Virus record (IMG/VR): IMGVR_UViG_3300021962_000036
Span: 1-64,000 of that record
Source: a virus
DNA: 64,000 nt
Reading direction: 5' to 3' (one strand)
Made by a program: the position numbers and the translations under genes. This document shows positions 15,884 through 26,551 of the stretch, piece after piece (positions within the stretch are counted from its first letter, which is position 1; each line of letters begins with the position of its first letter). The notes beneath the pieces are model-generated. The model searched no databases, was not told the origin of the DNA, and saw only the letters and a list, made by a program, of their open reading frames with translations.

Positions 15884-16247
15884 GGAAATAACCAAGAAGA
15901 CCGCAGAGTCTTTAGGTTTAGATCATCTTATTGTGGATGATGTGGTAGCATTCTTTTATAGAACTACACAAAAGAAATTAAGTTCAATGAATGCTCCTTC
16001 TATCAATGTTCCTAATATGGGAACTTTTGTGCTTATGAGGAAGCGTGTTGAGAAGAAGCTTGAAAAGTACACCGCTTTTCTAAATAAAATAGATCCTTCT
16101 GAATCTATTAGAATGTATGAAACATCACTGCAAGTAAAGAATGATGTTGAAAATTATACAGCAATTTTAGAGAAAATGGATCTAGAGCAACAAAGAAGAA
16201 AAGAAGTAAACAAACTAAAAGAAAACTATTTAGACAATGTTGAATAA
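15864..16247 (+). CDS. HU/IHF-like DNA-binding protein
   Basis: KEITKKTAESLG...VDDVV..F...SINVPNMGTF pattern. Confidence 0.6.
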   Translation: MNPIKRKEITKKTAESLGLDHLIVDDVVAFFYRTTQKKLSSMNAPSINVPNMGTFVLMRKRVEKKLEKYTAFLNKIDPSESIRMYETSLQVKNDVENYTAILEKMDLEQQRRKEVNKLKENYLDNVE

Positions 16248-16554
16248 TACAATTAAAATCTGGAAAGAACGTAACAAGATTTTTGAAGGTGTTAGAAATA
16301 ACATATTTAAAAAGGAACACATTGAAGAGATTGCTTTCTCTAGAAATGAAGTTTGCGTAAAGTGTCCTCACATAGATGTTAAAGGAGACAATTGTGCTGT
16401 CATTGGTACACAACCATGTTGTTCTGAATGTGGATGTTCATTAAAACTAAAGACAAGATCTTTGTCTTCAGAATGTCCAAAAGGATTCTGGCAAGCTGTA
16501 ACAACACAACAAGAAGAAGACTTGATTAGACAGAGTATTAACAAAAGAAACTAA
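16237..16554 (+). CDS. Zn-binding hypothetical protein
   Basis: R..VCVKCP...CSECGC.L..K......CPKGFW. Confidence 0.8.
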   Translation: MLNNTIKIWKERNKIFEGVRNNIFKKEHIEEIAFSRNEVCVKCPHIDVKGDNCAVIGTQPCCSECGCSLKLKTRSLSSECPKGFWQAVTTQQEEDLIRQSINKRN

Positions 16555-16556
16555 GT

Positions 16557-17402
16557 ATGAGTTTAGTATTTGAACCAAAAACCCACAGTTACACATCAGT
16601 AGATCCTTCTGATAAAACACGATGGATTAGTGTAACAACCTTAATTGGCGCTTTAAAACAACCCTTTGATTCAACAAACATTGCAAAGAAATCATCTACA
16701 AGTAAAAAAAGTAAATGGTTTGGAATGACAGTTGACCAGATACAAGAAGTGTGGAGAAAAGAGTCTGATAGGGCATGTACACTAGGAAACTGGTATCATG
16801 ACCAAAGAGAACAAGACATCACAAATTGTGATACCATAGTTCGCTATGAGAAAGTATTGCCAGTAATAAAGCCAATGCAAGATGAGCATGGGTTGAAAGT
16901 GGCACCTTCTCAGAAACTTATGGATGGTATATATCCAGAACATATGGTCTATATGCGATCAGCAGGTATTTGTGGTCAAAGTGATTTAGTAGAAGTAGCT
17001 GATGGGTATGTTCATATCACAGATTACAAAACAAACAAAGAAATCAAAACAGAATCCTTTAGGAATTGGGAAGGTGTTTCTCAAAGAATGAATGCACCTG
17101 TGTCACATCTTGATGATTGTAACTTGAATCATTACAATTTACAGTTGTCAATTTACATGTACATGATTCTTAAACATAATCCAAACTTAAAAGCTGGTAA
17201 ACTAATTATACATCATATTTCTTTTGAAGAAGAAGATGAAAAGGATGATTTTGGTTATCCTATTTCTAAGCTAAACGCAGATGGAGAACCTATCATAAAA
17301 GAAATTGTACCTTATGAACTACCTTATTTAAAGGATGAGGTACTTGCAATTATGACATGGTATAAGAACAATGCAGATAAAGTAATTAAAAAGAAACACT
17401 AA
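16557..17402 (+). CDS. PD-(D/E)XK family nuclease
   Basis: SVTT, GQSDLV, ITDYKTNK, YNLQLSIY. Confidence 0.85.
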   Translation: MSLVFEPKTHSYTSVDPSDKTRWISVTTLIGALKQPFDSTNIAKKSSTSKKSKWFGMTVDQIQEVWRKESDRACTLGNWYHDQREQDITNCDTIVRYEKVLPVIKPMQDEHGLKVAPSQKLMDGIYPEHMVYMRSAGICGQSDLVEVADGYVHITDYKTNKEIKTESFRNWEGVSQRMNAPVSHLDDCNLNHYNLQLSIYMYMILKHNPNLKAGKLIIHHISFEEEDEKDDFGYPISKLNADGEPIIKEIVPYELPYLKDEVLAIMTWYKNNADKVIKKKH

Positions 17403-17917
17403 TGGTAAAATTATTTGACTTAGAAAATGGTGTGCTTGTTCCAACAGAACATTGTCACACATTAGCATACTTAAAAAGAATCATGGTAGAGTATCCTGAT
17501 AGTTATATGAATGTGTATTCTTATCTGTTCTACATGACCTGCCCTAACCCTGATTTAAATCCCTTTTTTGATACACCAGAAAATGAAAAAGAAGAAATTA
17601 TACTTACACAGATTAATGCAGATTTTTCTACAGAAGATGACGCAATTGTCGCAGCTGTTGAACTATGCAAAAAACTTTATGAAACGCCTACATACAGGGC
17701 TTTTATGGGTATTAAACACATGCTTGATGGCTTGGCAAAATACATGGAGACGACTACAATTGAGCATGGTAGGGATGGCAACATCAATTCTTTGGTTAAT
17801 GCTGCAGCAAAGTTTGAGCAGATACGTATATCGTTCAAAGGGGCGTATAAAGATCTCATGGAAGAGCAGAAGAGCCAGGTACGTGGAGGCCAACACCTTG
17901 CGTACGATCAAAGCTAA
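17402..17917 (+). CDS. hypothetical protein, terminase small subunit candidate
   Basis: Helical 171-aa ORF just upstream of terL ending SQVRGG; function inferred from position only. Confidence 0.55.
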   Translation: MVKLFDLENGVLVPTEHCHTLAYLKRIMVEYPDSYMNVYSYLFYMTCPNPDLNPFFDTPENEKEEIILTQINADFSTEDDAIVAAVELCKKLYETPTYRAFMGIKHMLDGLAKYMETTTIEHGRDGNINSLVNAAAKFEQIRISFKGAYKDLMEEQKSQVRGGQHLAYDQS

Positions 17918-17939
17918 ACAAAAACAACAAAAATTACAT

Positions 17940-18161
17940 ATGGACTTGACAACCTACAATTGGATTTTTCATTACAATGCACACACATCTACCTGGGCAG
18001 GATTTCATAGAGATGATTATCATGCCTATTGGAATGGTGGTGAATCAACCTTTGCAATCATAAAATCAAGCAAGATTGAAACTGTGCAAGAAATTATTAA
18101 AAAAACAGAAGGTAACAAAACACTACTCAATGAGCTTACACGAAGAACTGGAGAAAAATAA
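17940..18161 (+). CDS. hypothetical protein
   Basis: Start moved to ATG 17940 (MDLTTYNWIFHYN) after an A-rich leader. Confidence 0.7.
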   Translation: MDLTTYNWIFHYNAHTSTWAGFHRDDYHAYWNGGESTFAIIKSSKIETVQEIIKKTEGNKTLLNELTRRTGEK

Positions 18162-18345
18162 AACTACAAGAGTAGAAGTACATCATGTATCTGATGGATA
18201 CTTGACAACAAGAGTTGTAAAAAATACACCAGCAAAAGGTGATTGGATATCTATTGGTGGAGATACTTATGTTGTCAAACAAAGAATCTGGAACTATAGT
18301 GATGGAAGCACTCTTAAGTTGATAGTAGAAGAACCTAAAGATTAA
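18130..18345 (+). CDS. hypothetical protein
   Basis: Probable start ATG 18130 (MSLHEELEK); ends 2 nt before terL. Confidence 0.65.
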   Translation: MSLHEELEKNKTTRVEVHHVSDGYLTTRVVKNTPAKGDWISIGGDTYVVKQRIWNYSDGSTLKLIVEEPKD

Positions 18346-18347
18346 AT

Positions 18348-20546
18348 ATGTACTTAAGTATACCAACATATGATGCTAAAACTGAATCATGGTCTTATAC
18401 TGACTTTGAGACAAGAGAGTCATACACTGAATTTTTATGGTCTGTTTTCAAAGAACCTGGAAAATATGAGTTTGATGAAACATCATTATTGTTTAACAAA
18501 GAAGCTAGAAAGTTTAACAAGTATAAATTATTTTGTACAGCTCCTATAAGAACAAAAGACTACATACAATATTGGGATGACCAAAAAGAAAAATGTAGAA
18601 AAGGAGTAATTTTTAAAGGCAAGAAAAGCACATGGTTTTTAGCAAGAGACTATTACATGTGGATAAACTTCTTACCTATTTACAATAAGGAAGTAGCAAA
18701 GTTTACTTTTGCAGATGTAAGGGACGCCCAATACCATATGGCATTATATGAGGAGATTGCAAAGCATTCTTCTAAACATGCAGCCATTCTAAAGAAACGT
18801 CAGATTGCATCCTCTTATTTTCACGCAGGAAAAATGATTAACCTATTTTACTTTGAGGAAGGTGCTATAAACAAAATGGCTGGTTCCCTGAAGGATTATA
18901 TTAATGAAAAAGGTACTTGGCGTTTTCTAGAAGAATATAGAAACTTCTTGAACACACATACTGCATGGTATAGACCTTGTAATCCAGATAAAGTATTAAA
19001 CTGGGAACAGAAAATTGAAGTTAATCAAGGAGGAAAAAAACGTGATGTTGGATTAAAGTCTGTAATATTTGGACTTGCACTTGAAAAAGATCCAACAAAT
19101 GGTGTAGGGGGTCCTTGTACACTGTTTTATCATGAGGAGGCAGGTATTGCCCCAAAGATGAATGAAACAGTTGAGTACTTGTTACCTGCTATGAAATCAG
19201 GTATGACATACACAGGTATGTTTGTAGCTGCAGGATCTGTGGGAGATTTGGAACAATGTGAGCCATTGAAAGAAATGATCATGAATCCTATCTCTAAAGA
19301 CGTATTAGCAGTAGAAACAAATCTTGTTAATGCTGAAGGTCAGATTGCAGAGTGTGGTTTATTTATTCCTGAGCAGTGGTCAATGCTACCATGCATTGAT
19401 GAATTTGGTAACTCACTGGTAGAGAAGGCATTAGAAATGATTGTTGAAGAAAGGTTAGAATGGAAGAAAAATCTTAAACCTGAAGATTACCAATTACGTA
19501 TTTCTCAGAAACCAGTTAACATTGAGGAAGCTTTTGCTTATAGAAAAGTATCTAAATTCCCACTACATCTTCTAACTAAACAGATTAGAAGAATAGAAGA
19601 TCAAGAATATTTCAGAGAGTTTGTAGAGTTATCTAGAGATGAACATGGTAAAATTGTTTCTAAAGAATCGCGCAAACTTCCTATATCAGAATTTCCCATA
19701 TCACCTAAAACAGTTGATAAAGAAGGAGTTATAGTAGTCTATGAAAAACCAGCAAAGGATCCACAGTTTGGAGCATATTATGCTTCTATTGACCCTGTGT
19801 CTGAAGGAAAAACAACAACGTCAGATTCATTGTGTTCTATCTTTGTTTATAAAACAGCACAAGAAGTTACAAAGCATAAGGCTGACGGTACAATAGAACA
19901 GCACATTGAAAGGGATAAAATAGTTGCAGCATGGTGTGGACGTTTTGATGACTTGAATAAGACGCATGAACGTCTTGAAATGATTATAGAATGGTACAAT
20001 GCTTGGACAATTGTAGAGAATAACATAAGTTTGTTTATTCAATATATGATATCCAGAAGAAAGCAAAGATATCTGGTTCCAAAAAGCCAGATCTTGTTTC
20101 TCAAAGAATTGTCTAGTAATACAAATGTCTTTCAAGAATATGGTTGGAGAAACGTTGGTACACTTTTTAAAACCAATCTTATATCATACGCCATACAGTT
20201 TTTAGAAGAAGAATTAGACCAAGAAACAATGGCAGATGGAACCATTGTAAAACAAACATATGGTATAGAAAGAATACCTGATATCATGCTGTTAAAAGAA
20301 ATGGCAGCATACAGAGAAGGACTGAACGTGGATAGACTTGTAGCATTCTGTGCTTTAGTTGCATTTGCCAAAGTTCAAGAATCAAATAGAGGATACTCAA
20401 AACGTGTTGAAAGAGATGACGCTAATTTGGATAAATCAAATAAAAATGCTAAATTAAGAGTGAGCCCTTTTCGCCATATGGGGAATGAGAACTCATCATC
20501 TACAGCGTTGAGAAAGCCTAGAAATCCTTTCAAAAACATTAGATAA
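18348..20546 (+). CDS. terL: terminase large subunit
   Basis: ATPase motifs ILKKRQIASSY and LFYHEEAG; RNase H-like YYASIDPV, IVENN, NVDRL; upstream of the portal. Confidence 0.92.
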   Translation: MYLSIPTYDAKTESWSYTDFETRESYTEFLWSVFKEPGKYEFDETSLLFNKEARKFNKYKLFCTAPIRTKDYIQYWDDQKEKCRKGVIFKGKKSTWFLARDYYMWINFLPIYNKEVAKFTFADVRDAQYHMALYEEIAKHSSKHAAILKKRQIASSYFHAGKMINLFYFEEGAINKMAGSLKDYINEKGTWRFLEEYRNFLNTHTAWYRPCNPDKVLNWEQKIEVNQGGKKRDVGLKSVIFGLALEKDPTNGVGGPCTLFYHEEAGIAPKMNETVEYLLPAMKSGMTYTGMFVAAGSVGDLEQCEPLKEMIMNPISKDVLAVETNLVNAEGQIAECGLFIPEQWSMLPCIDEFGNSLVEKALEMIVEERLEWKKNLKPEDYQLRISQKPVNIEEAFAYRKVSKFPLHLLTKQIRRIEDQEYFREFVELSRDEHGKIVSKESRKLPISEFPISPKTVDKEGVIVVYEKPAKDPQFGAYYASIDPVSEGKTTTSDSLCSIFVYKTAQEVTKHKADGTIEQHIERDKIVAAWCGRFDDLNKTHERLEMIIEWYNAWTIVENNISLFIQYMISRRKQRYLVPKSQILFLKELSSNTNVFQEYGWRNVGTLFKTNLISYAIQFLEEELDQETMADGTIVKQTYGIERIPDIMLLKEMAAYREGLNVDRLVAFCALVAFAKVQESNRGYSKRVERDDANLDKSNKNAKLRVSPFRHMGNENSSSTALRKPRNPFKNIR

Positions 20547-20568
20547 ACAAAAGTAAATACATAAGGTT

Positions 20569-23298
20569 ATGCCAACAGTAGTTAACGCAATGCAGCTTAA
20601 GAATGGAGCTAAGGTAGAGAACAATAAAATGGGTACTCTAACTCAGCCTATTCAATTTCTGCGTAGAAAAGAAAAAGATGAATCTTGGGGAGCATGGAAC
20701 CTGGACTGGTTTGAAATGCAAGGTCTCAAGCAAATACGTAGAAATGCAAGAAGGTTGTTGAAAAACTACAAGCTTGCAAATGGTATTATTGATAAAACAG
20801 ACTATATTGTTGAAGAAGACAATGAAGTTGCAGAGCTTATTGATGTTCTGACAAAAGAAGATCAGAGTGCTTTTGAATTAAAGTTCTTTCCTATTGTTCC
20901 AAACGTTATCAATGTTTTGACAGGAGAGTTTGCAAAAAGAAATGATAAAATTACATATCGCGCAGTTGATGATCTTTCATATAATGAAATGATTGAGGCT
21001 AAACGTGCTATGGTAGAAGAAGTACTTGTTTCAAGAGCTGAGCAGAAAATGCAAGAGACCATAGAAAAGATGGGTCTAAATCTTGAAGATGAAAAACAAG
21101 CAGCTCAAGCACAACAAATGATGGCTCCTGAAACTCTTAAATCTTTACCTGAGATTGAAGGATTCTTTAAAAAGGATTATAGATCTCTTGTAGAAGAATG
21201 GGCAACTCATCAACATAATGTAGATGAAGAAAGATTCTCTATGAAAGAATTAGAGAATATGGCATTCAGAGATATGCTTATTACAGATAGAGAATTCTGG
21301 CACTTTAAAATGGGAGAAGATGACTATGAGATTGAATTATGGAATCCTTTATTGACATTCTATCACAAATCTCCAGAGGCAAGATATATCTCACAATCTA
21401 ACTGGGTTGGTAGAATAGACTTGCTTACTCTTGCAGATGTAATTGATAAGTATGGTTACATGATGGATGAAGATCAGATTCATAGTCTTGAGGCAATCTA
21501 TCCTGTAAAATCTGCTGGTTATAACATCCAAGGCGTACAGAATGATGGTTCATTCTACGATGCTACAAGATCACATGACTGGAATACAAATGGCCCTTCT
21601 TTAGGAATGCGCCAGTTCTTAAGTGCAAGTGAAATGCACATGAATACTGGTGATGATATTATCTTCCAAATTCTAAATGAGTCAGAAGACTTACAGGAAT
21701 TTAAAGATATGGGCATGTTGCGCGTTACTACAGTATACTGGAAGTCACAACGTATGATTGGACACTTATCAAGAATAGATGAGAAAGGTATGCTTGTAGA
21801 TATGATTGTAGATGAAAGTTATAAAGTTACAGATAAACCTGTTTATGACACTACAGTTGTAAAAAATAAAAATAGAGAAACATTAGTTTATGGAGAACAC
21901 ATTGATTGGATATGGATTAATGAAACTTGGGGTGGTGTCAAGATTGGTCCTAATAGACCAGCTTACTATGGCAACCATGATATCTTTGGATTTGCTCCAA
22001 TGTATCTTGATGTAAAACCTATACGTTTCCAATTTAAAGGAGATTTTACACTATATGGCTGTAAACTTCCAGTTGAAGGAGCTGTATTCTCTGATAGAAA
22101 TACAAAATCAATGTCTCTTGTAGACAAAATGAAACCTTATCAAGTAGGTTACAACTTGGTAAATAACCAGATAGCTGACATTCTTGTAGATGAATTAGGA
22201 ACAGTTATTATGTTGGATCAGAATGCATTACCACGTCACTCAATGGGTGAAGACTGGGGACATAACAATTTCTCTAAGGCGTACGTGGCAATGAAGAATT
22301 TCCAAATGTTACCTTTAGATACTTCTATAACAAATACAGAAAACGCAACAAACTTTAATCATTATCAAGTATTAAACCTTGAGCAGACTAATCGTTTGAT
22401 GTCACGTATTCAGTTATCTAACTATTTTAAGAATCAGTGCTTTGAAGCAATTGGTCTATCACCTCAGCGTATGGGTGCTGTTAATGCCCAAGAAACTGCA
22501 CAAGGTATAGAGCAAGCAATAAACATGAGTTACTCTCAAACTGAGCCTTATTTTACACAACACTCTGAGTACCTAATGCCACGCGTACATCAAATGCGTA
22601 CAGACTTATCACAGTACTATCATTCAAATAAACCAAGTTTGAGACTACAATACTTGACTACTATGGATGAAAAGGTTAACTTTGAAATTAATGGTACTGA
22701 ATTATTGGCTAGAGACTTGAACATTTTTATCTCAACAAAGGTTAATCAAAGACAGGTTATTGAGCAGATACGTTCTCTTGCAATTTCAAATAATACATCA
22801 GGTGCTTCTATTTATGATTTAGGTAACATTATTAAAGCTGACTCTATGGCTGAGATTACACATGTTATGAAGTCTATTGAAGAGAAAACATCTGCATCTA
22901 AACAACAAGAAATGCAAGCAATGCAAGAAACTGAGAAGATGAAACAAGAAGGTGAAACTAAACGTCTTGAGGCTCAACTTAAGTTTAATGCAGAACAGAA
23001 AGCTCTAGATAGAGAGTCTGATGTTAAGGTTGCTGAAATTCGCTCTGCAGGTTATACTGCAATGCAGGATAGAGATGCAAATGCTCAGAATGATTATATT
23101 GATACTCTTGAGTATCTTGATAAGAAGAACGCAAAACAAGCAGATCAGTCTTTATCAAGAGAAAGAGAAATAAACAAACAAACATCTGAGCAAGCAAAAC
23201 TTGAGTTGAAACGTCAGGAATTACTTTCAAAAGAAAGAATTGCTCAAAAAGAATTACAAGTAGCACAAACAAATAAAAATAAATATGATAAAAAATAA
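20569..23298 (+). CDS. portal protein
   Basis: 909 aa after terL; FFPIVPNVINVLTGEF, SLVDKMKPYQ..YN, GLSPQRMG; coiled-coil C-terminus. Confidence 0.88.
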   Translation: MPTVVNAMQLKNGAKVENNKMGTLTQPIQFLRRKEKDESWGAWNLDWFEMQGLKQIRRNARRLLKNYKLANGIIDKTDYIVEEDNEVAELIDVLTKEDQSAFELKFFPIVPNVINVLTGEFAKRNDKITYRAVDDLSYNEMIEAKRAMVEEVLVSRAEQKMQETIEKMGLNLEDEKQAAQAQQMMAPETLKSLPEIEGFFKKDYRSLVEEWATHQHNVDEERFSMKELENMAFRDMLITDREFWHFKMGEDDYEIELWNPLLTFYHKSPEARYISQSNWVGRIDLLTLADVIDKYGYMMDEDQIHSLEAIYPVKSAGYNIQGVQNDGSFYDATRSHDWNTNGPSLGMRQFLSASEMHMNTGDDIIFQILNESEDLQEFKDMGMLRVTTVYWKSQRMIGHLSRIDEKGMLVDMIVDESYKVTDKPVYDTTVVKNKNRETLVYGEHIDWIWINETWGGVKIGPNRPAYYGNHDIFGFAPMYLDVKPIRFQFKGDFTLYGCKLPVEGAVFSDRNTKSMSLVDKMKPYQVGYNLVNNQIADILVDELGTVIMLDQNALPRHSMGEDWGHNNFSKAYVAMKNFQMLPLDTSITNTENATNFNHYQVLNLEQTNRLMSRIQLSNYFKNQCFEAIGLSPQRMGAVNAQETAQGIEQAINMSYSQTEPYFTQHSEYLMPRVHQMRTDLSQYYHSNKPSLRLQYLTTMDEKVNFEINGTELLARDLNIFISTKVNQRQVIEQIRSLAISNNTSGASIYDLGNIIKADSMAEITHVMKSIEEKTSASKQQEMQAMQETEKMKQEGETKRLEAQLKFNAEQKALDRESDVKVAEIRSAGYTAMQDRDANAQNDYIDTLEYLDKKNAKQADQSLSREREINKQTSEQAKLELKRQELLSKERIAQKELQVAQTNKNKYDKK

Positions 23299-23370
23299 CT
23301 GTCATAGCTATATAATACAAAAAATGTGCAACCAATACACTTTGAGGGTGTAAATCTTCAAAGTTTATTT

Positions 23371-23387
23371 GTAGATTATATATGAAG
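23371..23387 (+). promoter_or_regulatory. putative late promoter
   Basis: GTAGATTATATATGAAG upstream of the scaffold/capsid operon. Confidence 0.5.
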
Positions 23388-23426
23388 AAGAACAAGAAAT
23401 AATACCAACTAAACAGAAAAAAAAGT

Positions 23427-24680
23427 ATGAGTACAACAGACAACAACCAACAAACATCTGTTAGTAATGTAACAATTGAAAGTATTGACGACTTTCTACC
23501 AATGCCAGGAGCTGAAAGCATTGTTACATCTGATGAAGATCAAGGTGAGGAGAAACCTACAATATTCTCAACAGGAAAACCTGTAGATATGTCATTCTTA
23601 GAGGATGATGCTGCAGATGATCCAAATAAAAAGAAAGTAGTAACGTCTACTGAAACTAATGAAGCAATTGCTGAGTTAGATGCTGACTTGGAAGATACAG
23701 AAGGTCTAGAGGACGCTGATAAAAAACAAGGACGCAAAAAGATTGACAAAAGTGGAATGGTAGAAACATTCTCAAAATTAATTGAGGAAGGTCTATTAGT
23801 TCCTTTTGAAGATGAAAAACCAATGGAGGAATACTCTATCAAGGATTGGAAAGATTTAATTCAAGCCAACTTTGATGAGAAGGAAAAAGCTTTAAGAGAG
23901 CAAACTCCAAAAGAGTTCTTTGAATCACTTCCATCAGAACTACAATATGCAGCAGAATATGTTGCAAAAGGTGGCACTGACATAAAAGGATTATTTCGTG
24001 CACTATCTCAAACTGAAGAGGTAAAGTCATTGGATCCAACAAATGCTGAGCATCAGGAAATGATTGCTCGTCAATACCTACAAGCTACAAACTTTGGTAA
24101 TGGAGACAATGAACTTTTAGAAGATCAGTTACAAGAATGGGTTGAATCTGGTACAATTGCAAAAAAAGCACAACAGTTCAAACCAAAATTGGATCAGATG
24201 CAAGAAGAAGTAGTTCAATCAAAAATTGCACAGCAGGAACAATTCCGCGCTGATCAGCAAAAGAAAAAAGAAGAGTATATGGATAACATATACAACACTT
24301 TGAAACCTGCTGAACTAAATGGTGTAAAGATTGATGGTAAACGTCAGAAGTTCTTATGGGATGAATTGACAACTGTTAAGTATGAAAGTATGACAGGACG
24401 TCCTACAAACTTGCTTGGTAAACTTTTAGAAGACCATCAGTTTGGAAAAGCTCCACGTTATGACTTGATTGCTGAAACATTATGGTTGCTATCTGATCCT
24501 GAAGATTATAAGGAAAATATCAGAAAGCAAGCAAAAAATGAGGTAACACAGGATACAGTTAGAAAACTCAAAACAGAAGAAGCACGTAAGATTGCATCAA
24601 CTGTAAAAGATGAGGAAGATGACAAACCTGCAACTAGAAAAATACCTCGCCAGGCTGCTAATATTTTTAAAAGACAATAA
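23427..24680 (+). CDS. acidic scaffold-like head protein
   Basis: Very acidic N-terminus and helical remainder; lies between portal and major capsid gene. Confidence 0.7.
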   Translation: MSTTDNNQQTSVSNVTIESIDDFLPMPGAESIVTSDEDQGEEKPTIFSTGKPVDMSFLEDDAADDPNKKKVVTSTETNEAIAELDADLEDTEGLEDADKKQGRKKIDKSGMVETFSKLIEEGLLVPFEDEKPMEEYSIKDWKDLIQANFDEKEKALREQTPKEFFESLPSELQYAAEYVAKGGTDIKGLFRALSQTEEVKSLDPTNAEHQEMIARQYLQATNFGNGDNELLEDQLQEWVESGTIAKKAQQFKPKLDQMQEEVVQSKIAQQEQFRADQQKKKEEYMDNIYNTLKPAELNGVKIDGKRQKFLWDELTTVKYESMTGRPTNLLGKLLEDHQFGKAPRYDLIAETLWLLSDPEDYKENIRKQAKNEVTQDTVRKLKTEEARKIASTVKDEEDDKPATRKIPRQAANIFKRQ

Positions 24681-24717
24681 CAATAATTTATAACTTTAAA
24701 CTTTAATTTAAAACACA

Positions 24718-26367
24718 ATGAGTACACCCGTATTAAACAATGGACTGTTCTTACGCGACACTAACTACAAAGTTGGTTCTCACGTAGATTCTTACCATTT
24801 GGTGAACATGCTTAAGAGTACTGACCCTATGGATTTAGGACCAGTTGACTTATGGGCACAGACCCAAAAGGTAGAAATGCCTCTTTATCAGATGGCTTCT
24901 TTTGGTGGTAAAAACACTATTCTTGTAGACAACCCTCGTGGTGAGTACAAATGGCAAACTCCTATCGTACAGGATCTTCCTTACGTTGTAGAAGATGTTG
25001 AGCCAGGCGTAGCTGTTCTAGGTCAAGATGGTACTACCTTCAAAATCAAAATTAACAAGCGTGTATTTGGACATGGTGATATCATCACTTATGACAAATA
25101 TAAAGGAGCTGAACTTTACATCACTGCAGAAGATATTCTTCCTTCAGGTGATGGTTTTGTGTACACTGTTCAATTAGTGAACAATGACAACACTAAGGCT
25201 CTTGACAAAAAATACTTGAAACCAGGTACTAAATTCTTCAGAAAAGGTTCTGCTCGTGGTGAGTATGGTGAGCGTTTCTCTGACATTGGAGAATTGAGCG
25301 CAGGTTTCCGTGAGTACTACAACTATGTTGGTGGTGCTGAAGCTCACGTACACTATTCAGTTTCTTCTCGCGCAGAAATGATGATGAAAGGTGGAATGAA
25401 TGCAGATGGTACAGTTCCTGTAACTGAGATCTGGAAATCATTTGACGCTAACATCGCAAAAGATCCATCTTTGACTAACATTGATGCAATGGTAGCTAAA
25501 ATGGGTAAAGACTACATCAAGAAAGCTTATGACAATGGTACATTGACTCGTTCATTTGTAACTAAAATGGAATCTGCACACTTGAGCAAAATTGCTAATG
25601 ACATTGAGACCTACTTAATGTGGGGACAAGGTGGACGTATTAAGCAAGATGGTCCAGATGATATCAGATTGTCTACTGGTCTTTGGGCACAGTTGGATAA
25701 CTCTTTCAAACGTATCTACAACAAAGGTTCATTCAATTTAGAGTTGTTCCGTTCTGAGATCTTCAACTTCTACAATGGTAAAGTTGACTTCAAAGGACCA
25801 GATCCAAATCGTCAAATCATTGTTCAAACTGGTATGGCTGGTATGAAGATGGTGAATGAGGCAATCAAGAAAGAAGCATTCAGCACTGCTGGATCTGGTA
25901 CTTCTTTATTTGCTGACATGAGCAAGTCTGGTTTAGGTGCTATCTCTGGTAACAACGCAATGGATTTGAATTTTGGATTTGCTTTCACTAGCTACACTAT
26001 TCCTTTCTTAGCTAACGTTAAGTTTGTGTTGAACCCAGCATTTGACAACGTACACACTAATGACATTGAAAACCCAATCATTGATGGTTTCCCATTGTCT
26101 TCTTATAACTTCATCGTGTTTGACATCACTGACAACACCAATGACAACATTTACTTGTTGAAATTGAAGTGGGATAGTGAAATGAAATGGTTCTACCAAA
26201 ATGGAACTATGGATTACATGGGAAGAACTCAAGGTTTTGCATCTTCAGGTAATTTCAATGGTTATAGAGTATTTATGACTCAGACTATGCCTTCTATCTG
26301 GGTTAAAGACCCTACTAAAGTTCTCAAAATTGTTATGAGAAATCCTATCACTGGAGGATCATTCTAA
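24718..26367 (+). CDS. major capsid protein
   Basis: 549 aa with high-expression codon bias; follows portal and scaffold; YLMWGQGG, STGLWAQLD, SIWVKDPTK resemble crAss-like MCPs. Confidence 0.85.
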   Translation: MSTPVLNNGLFLRDTNYKVGSHVDSYHLVNMLKSTDPMDLGPVDLWAQTQKVEMPLYQMASFGGKNTILVDNPRGEYKWQTPIVQDLPYVVEDVEPGVAVLGQDGTTFKIKINKRVFGHGDIITYDKYKGAELYITAEDILPSGDGFVYTVQLVNNDNTKALDKKYLKPGTKFFRKGSARGEYGERFSDIGELSAGFREYYNYVGGAEAHVHYSVSSRAEMMMKGGMNADGTVPVTEIWKSFDANIAKDPSLTNIDAMVAKMGKDYIKKAYDNGTLTRSFVTKMESAHLSKIANDIETYLMWGQGGRIKQDGPDDIRLSTGLWAQLDNSFKRIYNKGSFNLELFRSEIFNFYNGKVDFKGPDPNRQIIVQTGMAGMKMVNEAIKKEAFSTAGSGTSLFADMSKSGLGAISGNNAMDLNFGFAFTSYTIPFLANVKFVLNPAFDNVHTNDIENPIIDGFPLSSYNFIVFDITDNTNDNIYLLKLKWDSEMKWFYQNGTMDYMGRTQGFASSGNFNGYRVFMTQTMPSIWVKDPTKVLKIVMRNPITGGSF

Positions 26368-26390
26368 GGATCCTTGAAGGCACTAAGCAA

Positions 26391-26551
26391 ACCTGGGGGA
26401 ACGCAAACCCCCAGGTCCCTGCTTTTAAAGCAAGACTCCACCTCCTCACGTCAGGGTTAAACTTGACAAATACTTGCCTGGGTTAATTCCCAGGTTCTCC
26501 TGAGAAGCAACTACCTTGACGTGGTTCAGGAGCTTTAAACTAGAAGTTGCT
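26391..26551 (+). ncRNA. structured intergenic RNA ending in an HDV-like double pseudoknot
   Basis: Hairpins ACCTGGGG/CCCCAGGT and CCTGGG/CCCAGG; nested P1, P2 and P3 helices at 26497-26551. Confidence 0.6.

Noticed and set aside
18348-26367. Introns or inteins in terminase, portal or capsid genes
   Set aside because: The ORFs are continuous with no intein termini or homing-endonuclease motifs seen
26417-26477. Second tandem HDV-like fold (CCCTG/CAGGG, GCAAG/CTTGC, TCCTCAC)
   Set aside because: P3 would have only two pairs and the spacing does not fit
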